Shown here: in pieces, positions 52,120 through 64,000 of the stretch
Layout of the letters: each line of letters starts with the position of its first letter
Numbering within the stretch: position 1 is the first letter of the stretch
DNA from: Eledone cirrhosa
Lineage: Eukaryota
Assembly (NCBI GenBank): GCA_964016885.1
Contig: OZ024747.1
Coordinates: 34,100,001-34,164,000 of the forward strand
Direction: 5' to 3'
DNA length: 64,000 bases
Program-made: the position numbers and the translations under genes
The notes under the pieces: generated by a model
What the model saw: only the letters and a program-made list of their open reading frames with translations
The model's database searches: none
Told to the model about the DNA's origin: nothing

Positions 52120-52262
52120 GGAATACTCAATACTTTATTTCACCGACCTCGGAAGGAGGAGAGGCAAAGTTAACCTCGGCGTGATTCGAACGTTGATCTT
52201 AAATAGCTAGAACATATAGCGCAGTGATATATTCTACGACGCTCTAATATTTTTACCAATCT
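52120..52262 (-). mobile_element. Old diverged SINE copy
   Basis: tactttatttcaccgacctcggaaggaggagaggcaaagttaacctcggcgtgattcgaac. Confidence 0.65.
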
Positions 52263-52674
52263 ATCACTCTCATTTGCGACAAACGTATTAAAACAAACTC
52301 TCACGATACAGGTCATGTATATTGATGCATTATCAATATTTGAGTTTGACAAGAATTCATGATATCAAAATCTTATTAAAACTTATTCTTGACACAAAAG
52401 TACATACTAAATATATTGAAATGTAATAACGAAAATTGGTATGAATATTAAACCATCAATGAAACATCTGTAGATGATTACTTTAATATTATTTTAATCG
52501 GAACCAAGAGTTATTACTTCGTTTGTTTTAGAGCATCTTATGGCAAGGCAAAATACAACAGAGCAGCGAATTGGCTTTGTATTATAAGTTGAATGTTGTT
52601 TGTGATAAGAGCAAAACAATCTACAACAGTTCTGAAAGAAATATTTTAGATTCACAGCATAAAGTAAGCCGTAT

Positions 52675-52721
52675 ACGGTACTGATGAAGGGTAATCAGCC
52701 AGAAAAATTAATGTCTGCCGT
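52675..52721 (+). ncRNA. Minimal type I hammerhead (one stem III mismatch)
   Basis: acggua CUGAUGA agg guaaucag cca GAAA a auuaau g UC ugccgu; 6-bp stem I, palindromic AUUAAU loop, GUC triplet. Confidence 0.65.
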
Positions 52722-52827
52722 TCTGTTTATATGTCAATACAAGAGCAAGAATGACGGGTCATTCTACTGACATGCTTAAAGAGGCTGTTTGCATAATTGC
52801 AAATAAATCGAATATCATTATTAATAT

Positions 52828-52923
52828 CGAGGTTAACTTTGCCTTTCATCCTTACGGGGTCGATAAAATAAAATACCAGTAATGTACTGAGTAATTGCTG
52901 CCATTGTGCCTAAAGTAGAAACA
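52828..52923 (+). mobile_element. 5'-truncated SINE
   Basis: SINE 3' half; TSD attattaatat on both sides. Confidence 0.88.
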
Positions 52924-52950
52924 ATTATTAATATTCGAAAGACTCAGATT

Positions 52951-52989
<39 letters not shown>

Positions 52990-52991
<2 letters not shown>

Positions 52992-53063
52992 TACTACAAA
53001 CAGAAAGCAGCCGTTTTATTGCATATATATGCAATAAAACGGCTGCTTTCTGTTTGTAGTAGT
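52990..53063. repeat. Perfect 74-bp palindrome centred on (AT)n
   Basis: actactacaaacagaaagcagccgttttattgcatat|atatgcaataaaacggctgctttctgtttgtagtagt. Confidence 0.92.
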
Positions 53064-53489
53064 CATACGCTAAAGCCCAAAATTGCGCTGGAGAGAAGTG
53101 AGATAGGGAGAGAAAATACGACCCAAAATGTATTTTACACTTCTAGTATTAGAGTGACAAATGGCGGAGCGTGACAAGTGCCACTGTCTAAATGCTGGAA
53201 GAGGTAAATCTAGCAACAAGTAAAAAGAAAAGAAAATGGCCTGGAGGCTACAAATACCGCTGGTTCCAGATAATTGTATAATGTGCATTCATAGAAACAC
53301 ACACACTTACGCACCCATAAGCATACTCACATACACTCACACACAAATACAAACACTTACATAGACATTCATACATAATATATATACTAACACAATACAT
53401 ACATATATGTAGATACATACATACAATTCATACATACATACAATACATACATACATGTAGATAATATATATATATATATATATATAATG

Positions 53490-53565
<76 letters not shown>

Positions 53566-53601
53566 CATTATATATATATGTGTATATATATATATATTAT
53601 C

Positions 53602-53688
<87 letters not shown>

Positions 53689-53929
53689 AAATATATATTC
53701 ACATGTACATATAGTTATTGATTTATCTGACTAATTTGAAGTATTCATTCCAATAAAAGGAAGCTTTTGACGTCTCAAAGACATCTTTTCTGTTTCGCTC
53801 CTTGGGACATCATATAGACCTTTAGACATTTACCCTTAGTTACTTCAACCAAAATACCTGGCTAGCCTTAGTATGAATGTGTGATACACTGCTCTACAAT
53901 GGACATCACAACATCCTAATGAGATACTA

Positions 53930-54630
53930 TTGTTTCCTTGTCTTTCTCCCTCCTTTAGGTATAGCGTCATTTTTCCTTTTCCAATTTTCTCACTATTCGC
54001 CCCTCCTTCGATTTCTTTTCTCTCTTCCGTTTTTCTCTTTCGTCGTTTTCTTCTTATTTACCCCCTCCTGCGTCACCTTTTTCTATTTCAGTTTTTCATC
54101 CTACTGCTATCCTAATACTTTACCCTACGTCCTTCGTTTCGCTTTTACATGATCTTCCTCTTGTGTCACCCTCCTTTTTCATTTTCTTTTCTTCTAAATC
54201 TCCTTCTCCTTATTCTCCTTTTTCTTCTCCTCTTCATCCCCATCCTCATCTTCTTTTCCTCGTACTCCTCCTCGTCCTCCTTCTCCTCTTCCCCTTCTAC
54301 CTCCTGCACGTACTCATCATCCTCCTCTTCCTCGTTCTGTTCCTCTCCCTTCTCTTTCCGTTCCTCCTGTTCTCCTCTATGTCCTCCTACTCAATTGTCT
54401 TTCCCATTTTTCCACTTTAGCTTTTCGTCCTGCTATTATACATCTAATTCTTCTTTCAAACGTCCCACTTGTCGCTTCTTTTATACTTTCTCCCTCTTGT
54501 CTGGGCCTCCTTTTTTCATTTTCTGTTACTTTTCTTCCCAGTTTCTGAAATAATTTCACTATTCCTTTATTCTGCTTTTCTTCACGAATTTTTATTTTGC
54601 ATACTTCATAATTATTCTCTTTTCTATTAC
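53930..54630. repeat. Pyrimidine-rich (CT/CCT/TCT) low-complexity tract
   Basis: Strong strand asymmetry; its ORFs are low-complexity artefacts. Confidence 0.85.
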
Positions 54631-55379
54631 GCAATTCTGTTGTGATCTTTGTTTGGCAGAATCAATACAGTGGTTCTTTTCGTTTCCTGTTCAAATCTTA
54701 TGGGTGTACATTTTGACTTTCATGCTCCTGGGTTCGATAAGTAAGGTACCAGTCAGTTATTTGTTTCGATGTAATTAAATTTTCTCTCCCCACAAATATT
54801 ACGTAAGTTTAGGGTTGTGGATTGGCAGTATCAGTAGAGCGTCGTAACTTGATGATGCAAAGCATGTTGTCCGACGCCCTAATAATATTAATAATAGTCG
54901 GCTGATACTCGGAAGAGAAGCCACCATCTGGGACTGATCAATGTGCGATTCTAACTACCGCCCAATGTTATACACTTTTTATTTCTACGTTCAACATAGA
55001 TATTGCCCATGGAGTTGAGTGGAGAGAAAACTTTCCGACGACTTCCGCCGCTGGTAGATATGGTATAATTAATTCCAATGTTTTAAATTGGTTGTTATGA
55101 ACGGTCAATCGTTTAACTATTTCAGTGTGGAAGCCTATCTTTGCCTCAAATTTCAATTCACCTTTTTACTTTTCGAAAGAATGGGATATTCATACCATTA
55201 TAAGACGGAAATGTTGCTTCATATTGTAAAAATACAAAACAGATATTAATTGGAGCAGCTGAGATAATAAAAAAAAAAATGAACTAAAACACAAACCCTA
55301 ACTTTGTTCAGACGTTCCGAAATTTAGCCATGTTTATGCCGGCCCACATCTTTCAACAAATAACTGCATATTCAATAAT

Positions 55380-55566
55380 TGTTTCTACTTTTGGCACAAG
55401 GCCAGTAATTATGCCAGTGAATTACTGGTACTTTATGTTATCGACCCCTTAAGGATGAAAGGCAAAGTTAACCTCGGCGGGATTTGAACTCAGACTGCAA
55501 AGGGCCGTAACACTTTGCTGCAAAGCATGGCGTCCGACCCTCTACCGATACTGCCAATCCACCGCC
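55380..55566 (-). mobile_element. Full-length SINE that defines the 5' end (GGCGGTGGATTGGCAGTATCGG)
   Basis: TSD catattcaataat at 55367-55379 and 55567-55579. Confidence 0.93.
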
Positions 55567-57250
55567 CATATTCAATAATGCAAATAAACTTGTCATTCTC
55601 CTTCATCACGCAACATGTACCCTGTACAATAAACACCTAATACAGTAACAACGTACACAACATGTAATCTACAGAACCACTATGCAATGTCGTAACACAA
55701 CATAGTCTAGTCAATGAACACCCAATAAATAACACAAAACTTACAAAATCGATACTCAGTAGCTATAATACAACCCACGCAACCCCTACTCTACACAATC
55801 AACGCTTGATGAGAAGAAATTGTGTGTCTGTTTTGTAACTTTGAAAACTTCGTTATTTACTCAACGTTAAAATATGAATAGAATAGTATCTATACTAGAT
55901 CATTCTGGATTCTAGATCCTGAATTATATAATATTATAAACACTGCTACTGCATATTCGTATCAAAAGAAGAAAAAAGGTTGTGCAAAAATTCATATAAT
56001 TATATATGTATTTCTATGTATAATATTTGTGTTCTATGTGCATATATAAATCTATACACATTAATAAACTATAAGCCAATATGTATTTACCTACGAATAC
56101 TCAATCATATGAGGTTTCAGCAACCATTTTCATGAATTATGCTTTTTCTATATGTTCATATTTTCTTTCTATTCACGTCTTAATTTCATTGATCTTTGCG
56201 AATCTTGAGAAAATTCTTAACACTTTCTCATGTCTTGTAAAAGAGTACTAAACATCAATGCTTATTATGAAATCCCCAATGCATTGACTTCTGAAAAATC
56301 AAAGAAAATAACTTAATTTATTAGCCTAAATTTGTCTGATCATTTATCTGTTTGCTTCAATACCTAAGAGATATATTTCTAGTATGTTTACATGAAAATA
56401 AATAAAAATAAAAAGGAGAGAAGAGTGAAGTATTGCTGTTGGTTATAGCTTAGATACTGTTCTGTTTTTTCTTTCATTCAGATGGTTCTTATATGTATTT
56501 CATAAATATATAAAAAGGAGAAGGAAAAAATAATAAAAAGAGAGAATATAGGAAATCGTCTTGTGAATTTGTATAGACCTTGTTCGAAATATCTGTTTGA
56601 CTTTAAACTGTATTTCTTTTTTTTTGCCATTGATTTAGCAAACGTAAGAAATGATAATAAGACTTAAGTTTCCATACTCATCATTGCAGCCATTCATTCA
56701 ATAGTAAAAGTATGGTATGGGGTTTTATATGCAGTTTGATTTATTTCTTCTTATATTCTATATATTTTCTTCTATTGATAATGTCAAATAACAAACATCA
56801 ACAACGAAGTTAGAAAGGAAAAAAATACAGAGTTTAGCCTAAGGCCTACAGAGAATATTGAAAATATATTTTACCTTACATAACTTGGAGGGATTTCACT
56901 TATCTGCTATCTATCGGTCACACCTCATTAGTATAAGTCATTTCCAATCACATCAAGGGAATTCTGATAAATATCTCTAATGGTATTTTTCAGCTTGTTG
57001 TTTATGATTTTTTCACACCAACGCTCCTGTCGTATTTCTTTTAATAATTGAGTTTATTTTGTCACAAAATGACCAAGAATATGGAAAGAACTTCTTCAGA
57101 GACATTTAAATATGTTACATGTATTCATGGAATTCCATGCTCCTATTCTTTCTTTCTGTTTTTTCACGTTCTTTCATCTGCATTATTTTATATAGCGTAT
57201 AACGTACAGATTCTCACAAAGCACATACTTATATTAGGTTATTATATGTA

Positions 57251-57433
57251 GATGGATTGGCAGTATCGGTAGAGGGTCGGACGCCATGCTTTGACGCATA
57301 GAGTTACGGTCTTTGCCATTCTGAGTTCAAATCCAGCCGAGGTTAACTTTGCCTTTCATCCTTACGGGGTCGATAAAATAAAGTACCAGTAATGCACTGG
57401 GTAATTGCTGGCCTTGTGCCAAAAGTAGAAACA
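57251..57433 (+). mobile_element. Full-length SINE
   Basis: TSD attatatgta at 57241-57250 and 57434-57443. Confidence 0.93.
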
Positions 57434-57477
57434 ATTATATGTACTTAAATGCATATTTGCCGGGAAATTCCTTTTAC

Positions 57478-57563
<86 letters not shown>

Positions 57564-57649
57564 ACGTAAAATCTAAGCATAAATAACAAAACAAACGGCA
57601 CAGTATATGGAAGGAATATACTAGTTTAACGATTAAAATAATAGGAATG

Positions 57650-57688
57650 AGGTGTTAACCTTTCGGACGCTAGTCCTTCATCAGAAGA
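57650..57688 (-). ncRNA. Degenerate PLE-type minimal hammerhead motif
   Basis: uu CUGAUGA a ggac uagc gucc GAAA gguuaac; stem II is clear, stems I and III are ambiguous. Confidence 0.45.
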
Positions 57689-57780
57689 AAGGATCAGAAG
57701 TTACAAAGATTGATAGAACGGGCAGAGCGGTATCGGAAAACAATTTTATAGAGAAAAATAACAGGTCCATTCATGTTGCC

Positions 57781-57851
<71 letters not shown>

Positions 57852-58092
57852 TATTCTTGCATGCATTCGTGAAGGATGTGCACACCATCTTGATCTGAAA
57901 AATGGCTGGAAAATCATAGTTTTGGTGTATAAATATTTAATAGTTCATACACGTTTTATAAATCGTATCTAAAAGAGCTGGTAGTGTTTACCGAACCCGG
58001 TGATAATGCCAAATCTGTCAAACTGTTAAAATAATTATCCTCAAATTCAACATATGTATTTATTGTTCTAATCCTTCGTTTCTACTCAAATT

Positions 58093-58136
<44 letters not shown>

Positions 58137-58149
58137 AATTTAACTTAAC

Positions 58150-58950
58150 CTAACGTATATGCACCATTGTATCAGGCCCAGCTAAACGAGAACAAAGACT
58201 AAATGTACTAAAAAACACACTTACCTTGAGAGCCTTCGCACTTGACGTAATTAATAACGGAAAAGACAGAGTAAAATCCGAAATGTTCATCAACTTAACA
58301 ACCCGAAGCACAGAAACTCAAACAATACCTTACCACATGTTCAACCTCACGTTCAACGTTCAACCCCACGTTCAACCCCACGTTCAACCCCAGAAACACC
58401 GAAATGTTCGGCCTCCTACACTTCTCCATTCTATTTAAAGATGAAACATCTTAGAAAAACAGAAGATCATTAAAATTAAAAGGCAACCCAAATCACTAAA
58501 ACACATTCTCACTGGAACAAAGAGACACAAACCAATCTCCAACCTTATGGTAACAGAATGCGGATGAACAAAATGTGGCACATGCCTATACTTAATTGAA
58601 GAACAAATACTCACATTTAAAGATGGCCAAACTTTCACAGTGAAAAACAACTTCACTTGAAACTCAGTGAACCAGATCTACAGAATCACAGGTGGTGGTT
58701 GTCGAAATAACTACATAGGACAGACGGGTAAATCATTACGCAAAAGAATGACTATCCATCGCCAACAAATCCGAGACGTAAACACAAGAAAAATCCCCTT
58801 AAGTAGCCACATTGCAGATCAGATTATGCAGGAATGACCCTTCCCAATTTTAAAATCGTCCCCCTTACAAGTGCTCCGATTCTTTCACTGAACAACAAAG
58901 AATAAAGAAAAACATATTTATTAACAGATTTAAACCAAAATTAAATATGT
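58150..58950 (+). mobile_element. PLE 3' fragment (RT thumb plus GIY-YIG, Neptune-like)
   Basis: RICTIVS..REQRLNVLK, KCGTCLYL..FTVKNNFT*NSVNQIYRI..GCRNNYIGQTGKSLRKRMTIHRQQI..LSSHI. Confidence 0.8.
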
Positions 58951-59775
58951 AATAACTCCCATTACATTCTAACACACACACAAAGAAATAAGAAAAAAAT
59001 GCTCATACACATATTTTCCAACAATTCCTGATTGCTAGCCACCACTGATGCTGTACTGTTTTTTAAAATTTCCCTCCACTAAGAGACCTGTGACAGACAG
59101 GCTGAAGCACACACACACAGCCGACTCACCGCACACACGCAGATACACAGACATGTGTGTATTTTTATGTATACACTCTCATAAGTACACACCATACTCT
59201 CTAAAACCATATCCCCAAAATAGAATTTCTTTTACAACCCTACATTTTCAGTTCTTGTTTGCATAGAATCGGGAAGAATTTTTATAAGATTTACGGTTAA
59301 ATATTAGCTAGAATCTATGAAAATCTTCATATGATTTATGGTTAAATTATTACCTATCTCTATTATATATATAATTCACTTACCATACATATAAACATAT
59401 ACAAAATTATATTTATACGTTCCAGTAGATATAAGAATATATATATATATTCATTCAAAACAACACTTACCGTTATATGAATCACATTTCGAATACATTT
59501 ATAAGAAATTCTTTATTAAACATTACAAATAATAAGAGTTAGTTCCTTGTCGATGTTTACTTATGTAAATTAAATAGTAATAAATATATAATACATCTAT
59601 GCGTAAAGCAGTTATATACATGATTGTATATCCATATATTTAACCATATATACGTATATGTTAAAATATATTACCCTACAATAATTTTTTATATAACGAA
59701 TATAAATAAATGTTATAATTCTAAAATATAGCATATACGTATATACGGGTTATATTCCCGCGATTGTATATATAA

Positions 59776-59949
59776 TTGTTTCTACGTTAGGCACAAGGCC
59801 AGCAAATACCCAGTGCATTACTGGTACTTTATTTTATCGACCCCGTAAGGATGAAAGGCAAAGTCAACCTCGGAGGGATTTGAACTCAGATCGTAAAGGG
59901 ACGTAACTATGCTGGAAAGCATGGCGTCCGACCCTCTACCGATACTGCA
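59776..59949 (-). mobile_element. SINE
   Basis: Reverse-complement SINE consensus. Confidence 0.9.
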
Positions 59950-60294
59950 ATTATGCATAAATATTTAATTAACTGATACAGCACCTTTAACGGCCGCCCC
60001 ACAACAACTATGAAGACACTATTTTTCTAAATTCTCTAGCGTCTAAAGAAACGATATGTTTATCTGTTCAATATATCCATGTTAAGATATACCTTGTGAA
60101 ATGTTTTATTCCACATGCCCACTGTAAGCCAAAGTTAAAGACTTTTACGTTGGGTATGTCACTATATTATACATCAGACATTATATTTTAATTGATGAAA
60201 GCATACCATAATTTGGTATCCTTGAAATACGTATAATAAAAATATATATGATGCTATAGTGATATTTTCCATTTATTAATATTAAACATAAAAG

Positions 60295-60870
60295 GGCGGT
60301 TGATTGGCAGTATCGGTAGAGAGTCGGACGCCATGCTTTCCAGCATAGTTACGTCCCTTTACGGTCTGAGTTCAAATCCCGCCGAGGTTAATTTTGCCTT
60401 TCATCCTTACGGGGTCGATAACATGAAGTACCAGTAATGCACTGGGTATGGCTGGCCTTGTGCCAAAAATAGAAACAATTAATGTTAAGAATAATTGTTT
60501 CTACTTTTGGCACAGGGCCATCAAATATCCAGTACATTACTGGTACTTTATTTTATCGACCCCGTAAGGATGAAAGGCAAAGTTAACCTCGGCGGGATTT
60601 GAACTCAGACCGTAAAGGGAGGACGTAACTATGCTGGAAAGCAAGGCGTCCGACTCTCTACCGATACTGCCAATCCACATCCAATAGTAATTGTTTCTAC
60701 TATTGGCACAAGGCCAGCAAATATCCAGTGTATTACTGGTACTTTATTTTATCGACCCCATAAGAATGAAAGGCAAAGTTAACCTCGGCGGGATTTAATT
60801 CAGATTGGAAAGGGCCGTATCTCTATGCGTCAAAGCATGGCGTCCGACCCTCTACCGATACTTCCAATCC
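60295..60870. mobile_element. Cluster of three SINEs (+ 60295-60480; - 60493-60677; - 60689-60870)
   Basis: SINE consensus three times; the first two are tail-to-tail with a spacer of about 12 bp. Confidence 0.92.
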
Positions 60871-61221
60871 AATTTCAGAAAATGTGGCACCTCAAGTCCA
60901 TTACAATACCATTGATTGTGGGAGGACTGGGAATTATCAAGAAAGGAACAGAACAATATTTGCGAATGATTCCTGGTTTACCCTCTCTGCACGAGGTGCA
61001 AAACATTGTTTTGACTGGTACTGCACACGTGGTGAGAAGAGCATTATCTCTGTAAGATTCACATCCCTCCTTCTATTTACATATGCACATGTGTACTGTT
61101 TTTTTTTTAACTATAATCATTGTGCTGTATTAACTGGGTTACCAATGCACACTGTGAATTTATTTGGTCTACGTGTCAGGAAGACACTCGGGATATATCT
61201 CAGAAACAAAATGAAAGAAAG
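60871..61221 (+). mobile_element. R4/Dong family C 3' fragment followed by (TAA)n
   Basis: KMWHLKSITIPLIVGGLGIIKKG..IPG.PSL.EVQNIVLTGTAHVVRRALS is similar to the C-terminus at 43525-43700. Confidence 0.8.
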
Positions 61222-61253
61222 TAATAATAATAATTATAATAATAATAATAATA

Positions 61254-61700
61254 GGTGAAGGTGCTGTGGGATTTTAGGATACAGACGGACAAAAAACTGG
61301 AACACAATAGACCTGACCTGGTGGTTGTGGACAAAGAAAAAAGATCGTGTCTGATTGTGGATGTGGCCTGCCCGTTCGACACGAGAGTGCAAGAGAAGGA
61401 GAGGGAGAAAATTAACCGATACCAGGACCTAAAGTGGGAGGTGAAAAGGATTTGGAACTGCCATGAAGTCAAAGTGATCCTGATTGTCATAGGCGCACTG
61501 GGGACTATCTCCAAAAGTTTCCAGGGATGGTTAAAGAAAATCGGCCCCTTCACGCTTTTTGGAACGCTTCAAAAGGCATGCTTGCTTGGAACAGCAAGAA
61601 CCCTCCGATACGTCCTGAATATCTGAGGCTGCAGGTAGTGGCTTGATATTCAATCCAACGGACTTTCCAGTTAACCAACATCAATGACTGAGATTCAAGG
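61254..61700 (+). mobile_element. R4/Dong family A 5'-truncated copy between (TAA)n tracts
   Basis: RLE domain HNRPDLVVV..IVDVACP..EKINRYQDL; nearly identical to 62992-63440. Confidence 0.92.
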
Positions 61701-61727
61701 AATAACAATAATAATAATAATAATAAT

Positions 61728-63440
61728 GGGGTCCTGGGAGACAGAGTTGACATCAACTGGAGTATCCTTGGGAAGCGTGAAGATCAAGAGAGGTATCTTC
61801 CAGGGAGATAGCCTGTCCCCTCTGTTGTTTGTCCTTGCCCTGATGCCCTTGACCATTATGCTGCGAAAAGTGAGAGCAGGATACAAGTTGGGAAAGGGAG
61901 AGCTTACCATCAATCACCTCCTCTTCATGGACGATCTTAAGCTCTTCGGGAAAAGTGAGAAGGAGTTGGATGTGCTTGTTGACACTGTCCGTATTTTCAG
62001 CAGTGATATATGTATGCAGTTTGGAATTAGTAAATGTGGAGTCATTGTGATGAGGAGGGGTAGGTTGAGCAGAAGTAACGGGATCCAGATACCAACAGGT
62101 GAGATGATAAAGGAAATTGACTCTGAGGAAGGATACAAGTATTTGGGCGTTCTGGAGGCTGATGGCATAAAGAACAAAAAAATGAAGGAATTGTTAAGAA
62201 CTGAATACATCCGGAGAGTAAGGAGCGTATTGAAGTCACATCTGAACAGCAGAAATGCCATAAGCGCAGTAAATTCCCGAGCTGTGTCTATTATTAGGTA
62301 CAGTGCGGGAATTCTGAGATGGAATGTTGCTGAACAAAAAGAAATGGATAGGAAGACTAGGAAGCTATTGACTATCTACAACATGTTCCACAAGAGGAGT
62401 GATGTCGATAGACTCTACCTAAGGAGATCTGAGGGTGGAAGATGTCTTATCAGCATAGAGGACCGTGTTCAGATGGAGAAAAACAACCTATAAAAATACG
62501 TGACCTCTAGTAAGGAGCCAATGCTCAAAACTGTAGTGAAGGAGGGGACAGTAGGCGAGGGGATGTCCAAGGAGGAAATAAACATCAAGGAGGAAGAGCA
62601 GCCTTAAGGGAAAATCCCTTCATAGTACCTTCTTTGAGAAAACTGAATTTAGAGATCCACAGACATGGAACTGGTTGAGAAGAGGAGACCTCAAAAAGGC
62701 TACAGAAGGAATGCTAATGGCTGCGCAGGAGCAGGCCCTCAAAACGAAGTGGTTGAAGCACCATATTTACAAGGAGGAGGCTAGCCCACTGTGCAGGATC
62801 TGTGGAGAGAGAGAGGAGACTGTGGCTCACATTGTGTCCGAGTGTAAACACCTAGCCCAGACCCACTATAAGGGCTGGAGACACGATGTGATGGGCAGGG
62901 TGATCCACTGGCACCTGTGCAAAGTAAACAATTTACCACATTCCGAGAAATGGTATGAGCATAGGCCAGAGGCGGTGATGGAGAACAATCAGGTGAAGGT
63001 GCTGTGGGATTTTAGGATACAGACGGACAAAAAACTGGAACACAATAGACCTGACCTGGTGGTTGTGGACAAAGAAAAAAGATCGTGTTTGATTGTGGAT
63101 GTGGCCTGCCCTTTCGACACGAGAGTGCAAGAGAAGGAGAGGGAGAAAATTAACCGATACCAGGACTTAAAGTGGGAGGTGAAAAGGATTTGGAACTGCC
63201 ATGAAGTCAAAGTGATCCCGATTGTCATAGGCGCACTGGGGACTATCTCCAAAAGTTTCCAGGGATGGTTAAAGAAAATCGGCCCCTTCACGCTTTTTGG
63301 AACGCTTCAAAAGGCATGCTTGCTTGGAACAGCAAGAACCCTCCGATACGTCCTGAATATCTGAGGCTGCAGGTAGTGGCTTGATATTCATTCCAACGGA
63401 CTTTCCAGTTAACCAACATCAATGACTGAGATGCAAGGAA
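61728..63440 (+). mobile_element. R4/Dong family A longer 5'-truncated copy (RT C-half, CCHC, RLE) between (TAA)n tracts
   Basis: RGIFQGDSLSPLLF, NHLLFMDDLKL, YKYLG, CRICGEREETVAHIVSEC, RHD, RPDLVV. Confidence 0.93.
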
Positions 63441-63447
63441 TAACAAC

Positions 63448-63506
<59 letters not shown>

Positions 63507-64000
63507 GGGAATCACATGATTGGATGATCAACCTCGTTTTGAAACACGAAAGCATCAAAAGATCATATTCCATTACAAAAGATGCACAAAGATACAGTAA
63601 TCGACTACAAATTTCAGAAGTCCCATTTACTGCTGAAATGGAAAACACAGAAAAATCAAAGCAGGTAAAAGTAACTGCAAAGAAAGAACTGCTACAGAAA
63701 CTGGCTAAGAAATGGCAAGAAAAGCCTTTGTATGGAAAATACCCAGAGCGAGTTAACAATCCTGATGTTGACAAAACTTTAACCCATCAGTGGTTGGCAT
63801 CCTCTGGACTGAAATCGGAGACTGAAGGACTGATTATATCGGCACAAGATCAGTGTCTGCCAACAAAAAATTACCAAGCCAAACATAATAAAAAATGGGT
63901 GCAGCCCATTATGCCGTGTATGCAAAAAACAACCAGAGACCATTGACCATATAATTTCAATGTGCAGTCCTATAGCTCCAACCGAATACCTAAACAGGCA
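63507..64000 (+). mobile_element. R4/Dong family B 5'-truncated copy, running off the window
   Basis: Near-identical to 42735-43228 (RESHDWMI..KWQEKPLYGKY..AQDQCL); follows (TAA)n at 63440-63506. Confidence 0.92.

Noticed and set aside
54149-54634. 134-aa Ser/Phe-rich ORF and its Lys/Glu-rich antisense ORF
   Set aside because: Low-complexity pyrimidine tract with no domain signature.
55380-55566. tRNA gene
   Set aside because: A and B boxes are present, but the spacing is extended, there is no full cloverleaf, and the sequence continues into a SINE body with TSDs.
55600-57240. AT-rich non-repetitive stretch as possible host exons
   Set aside because: No ORF with recognisable motifs and no convincing splice-bounded exon; probably intronic or intergenic.
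59075-59125. ctaagaga-cctgt..acagg-ctgaagc downstream of the Neptune-like fragment as a hammerhead
   Set aside because: The position is suggestive, but both core boxes are mutated and stems I and III are not evident.

Overview
AT-rich, microsatellite-laden eukaryotic DNA that is almost entirely transposon-derived; the SINE and repeat make-up suggests an octopus/cephalopod (inference). I see no intact host gene. Contents: three decayed Rep/Helicase Helitrons in head-to-tail order (3-19 kb); R4/Dong-type RLE retrotransposons next to (TAA)n tracts (0.4-2.8, 41-44, 61-64 kb); two CRE-type RLE fragments; an RTE fragment; two Penelope-like elements (PLEs, Naiad-like GIY-YIG) with inverted/tandem pseudo-LTRs, plus a Neptune-like fragment; a head-to-head pair of Tx1/L1-type elements; and about 20 copies of one tRNA-derived SINE. 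The most interesting signal is non-coding: about a dozen type I hammerhead ribozyme motifs from several unrelated sequence families. Some lie in PLE pseudo-LTRs. Others lie in short (about 425 and about 515 bp) non-coding units with terminal redundancy, and the 425-bp family has different start points at two loci. These look like PLE-mobilised, circular-RNA retrozyme-like elements. All structures were read by eye, and coordinates of decayed elements are approximate.
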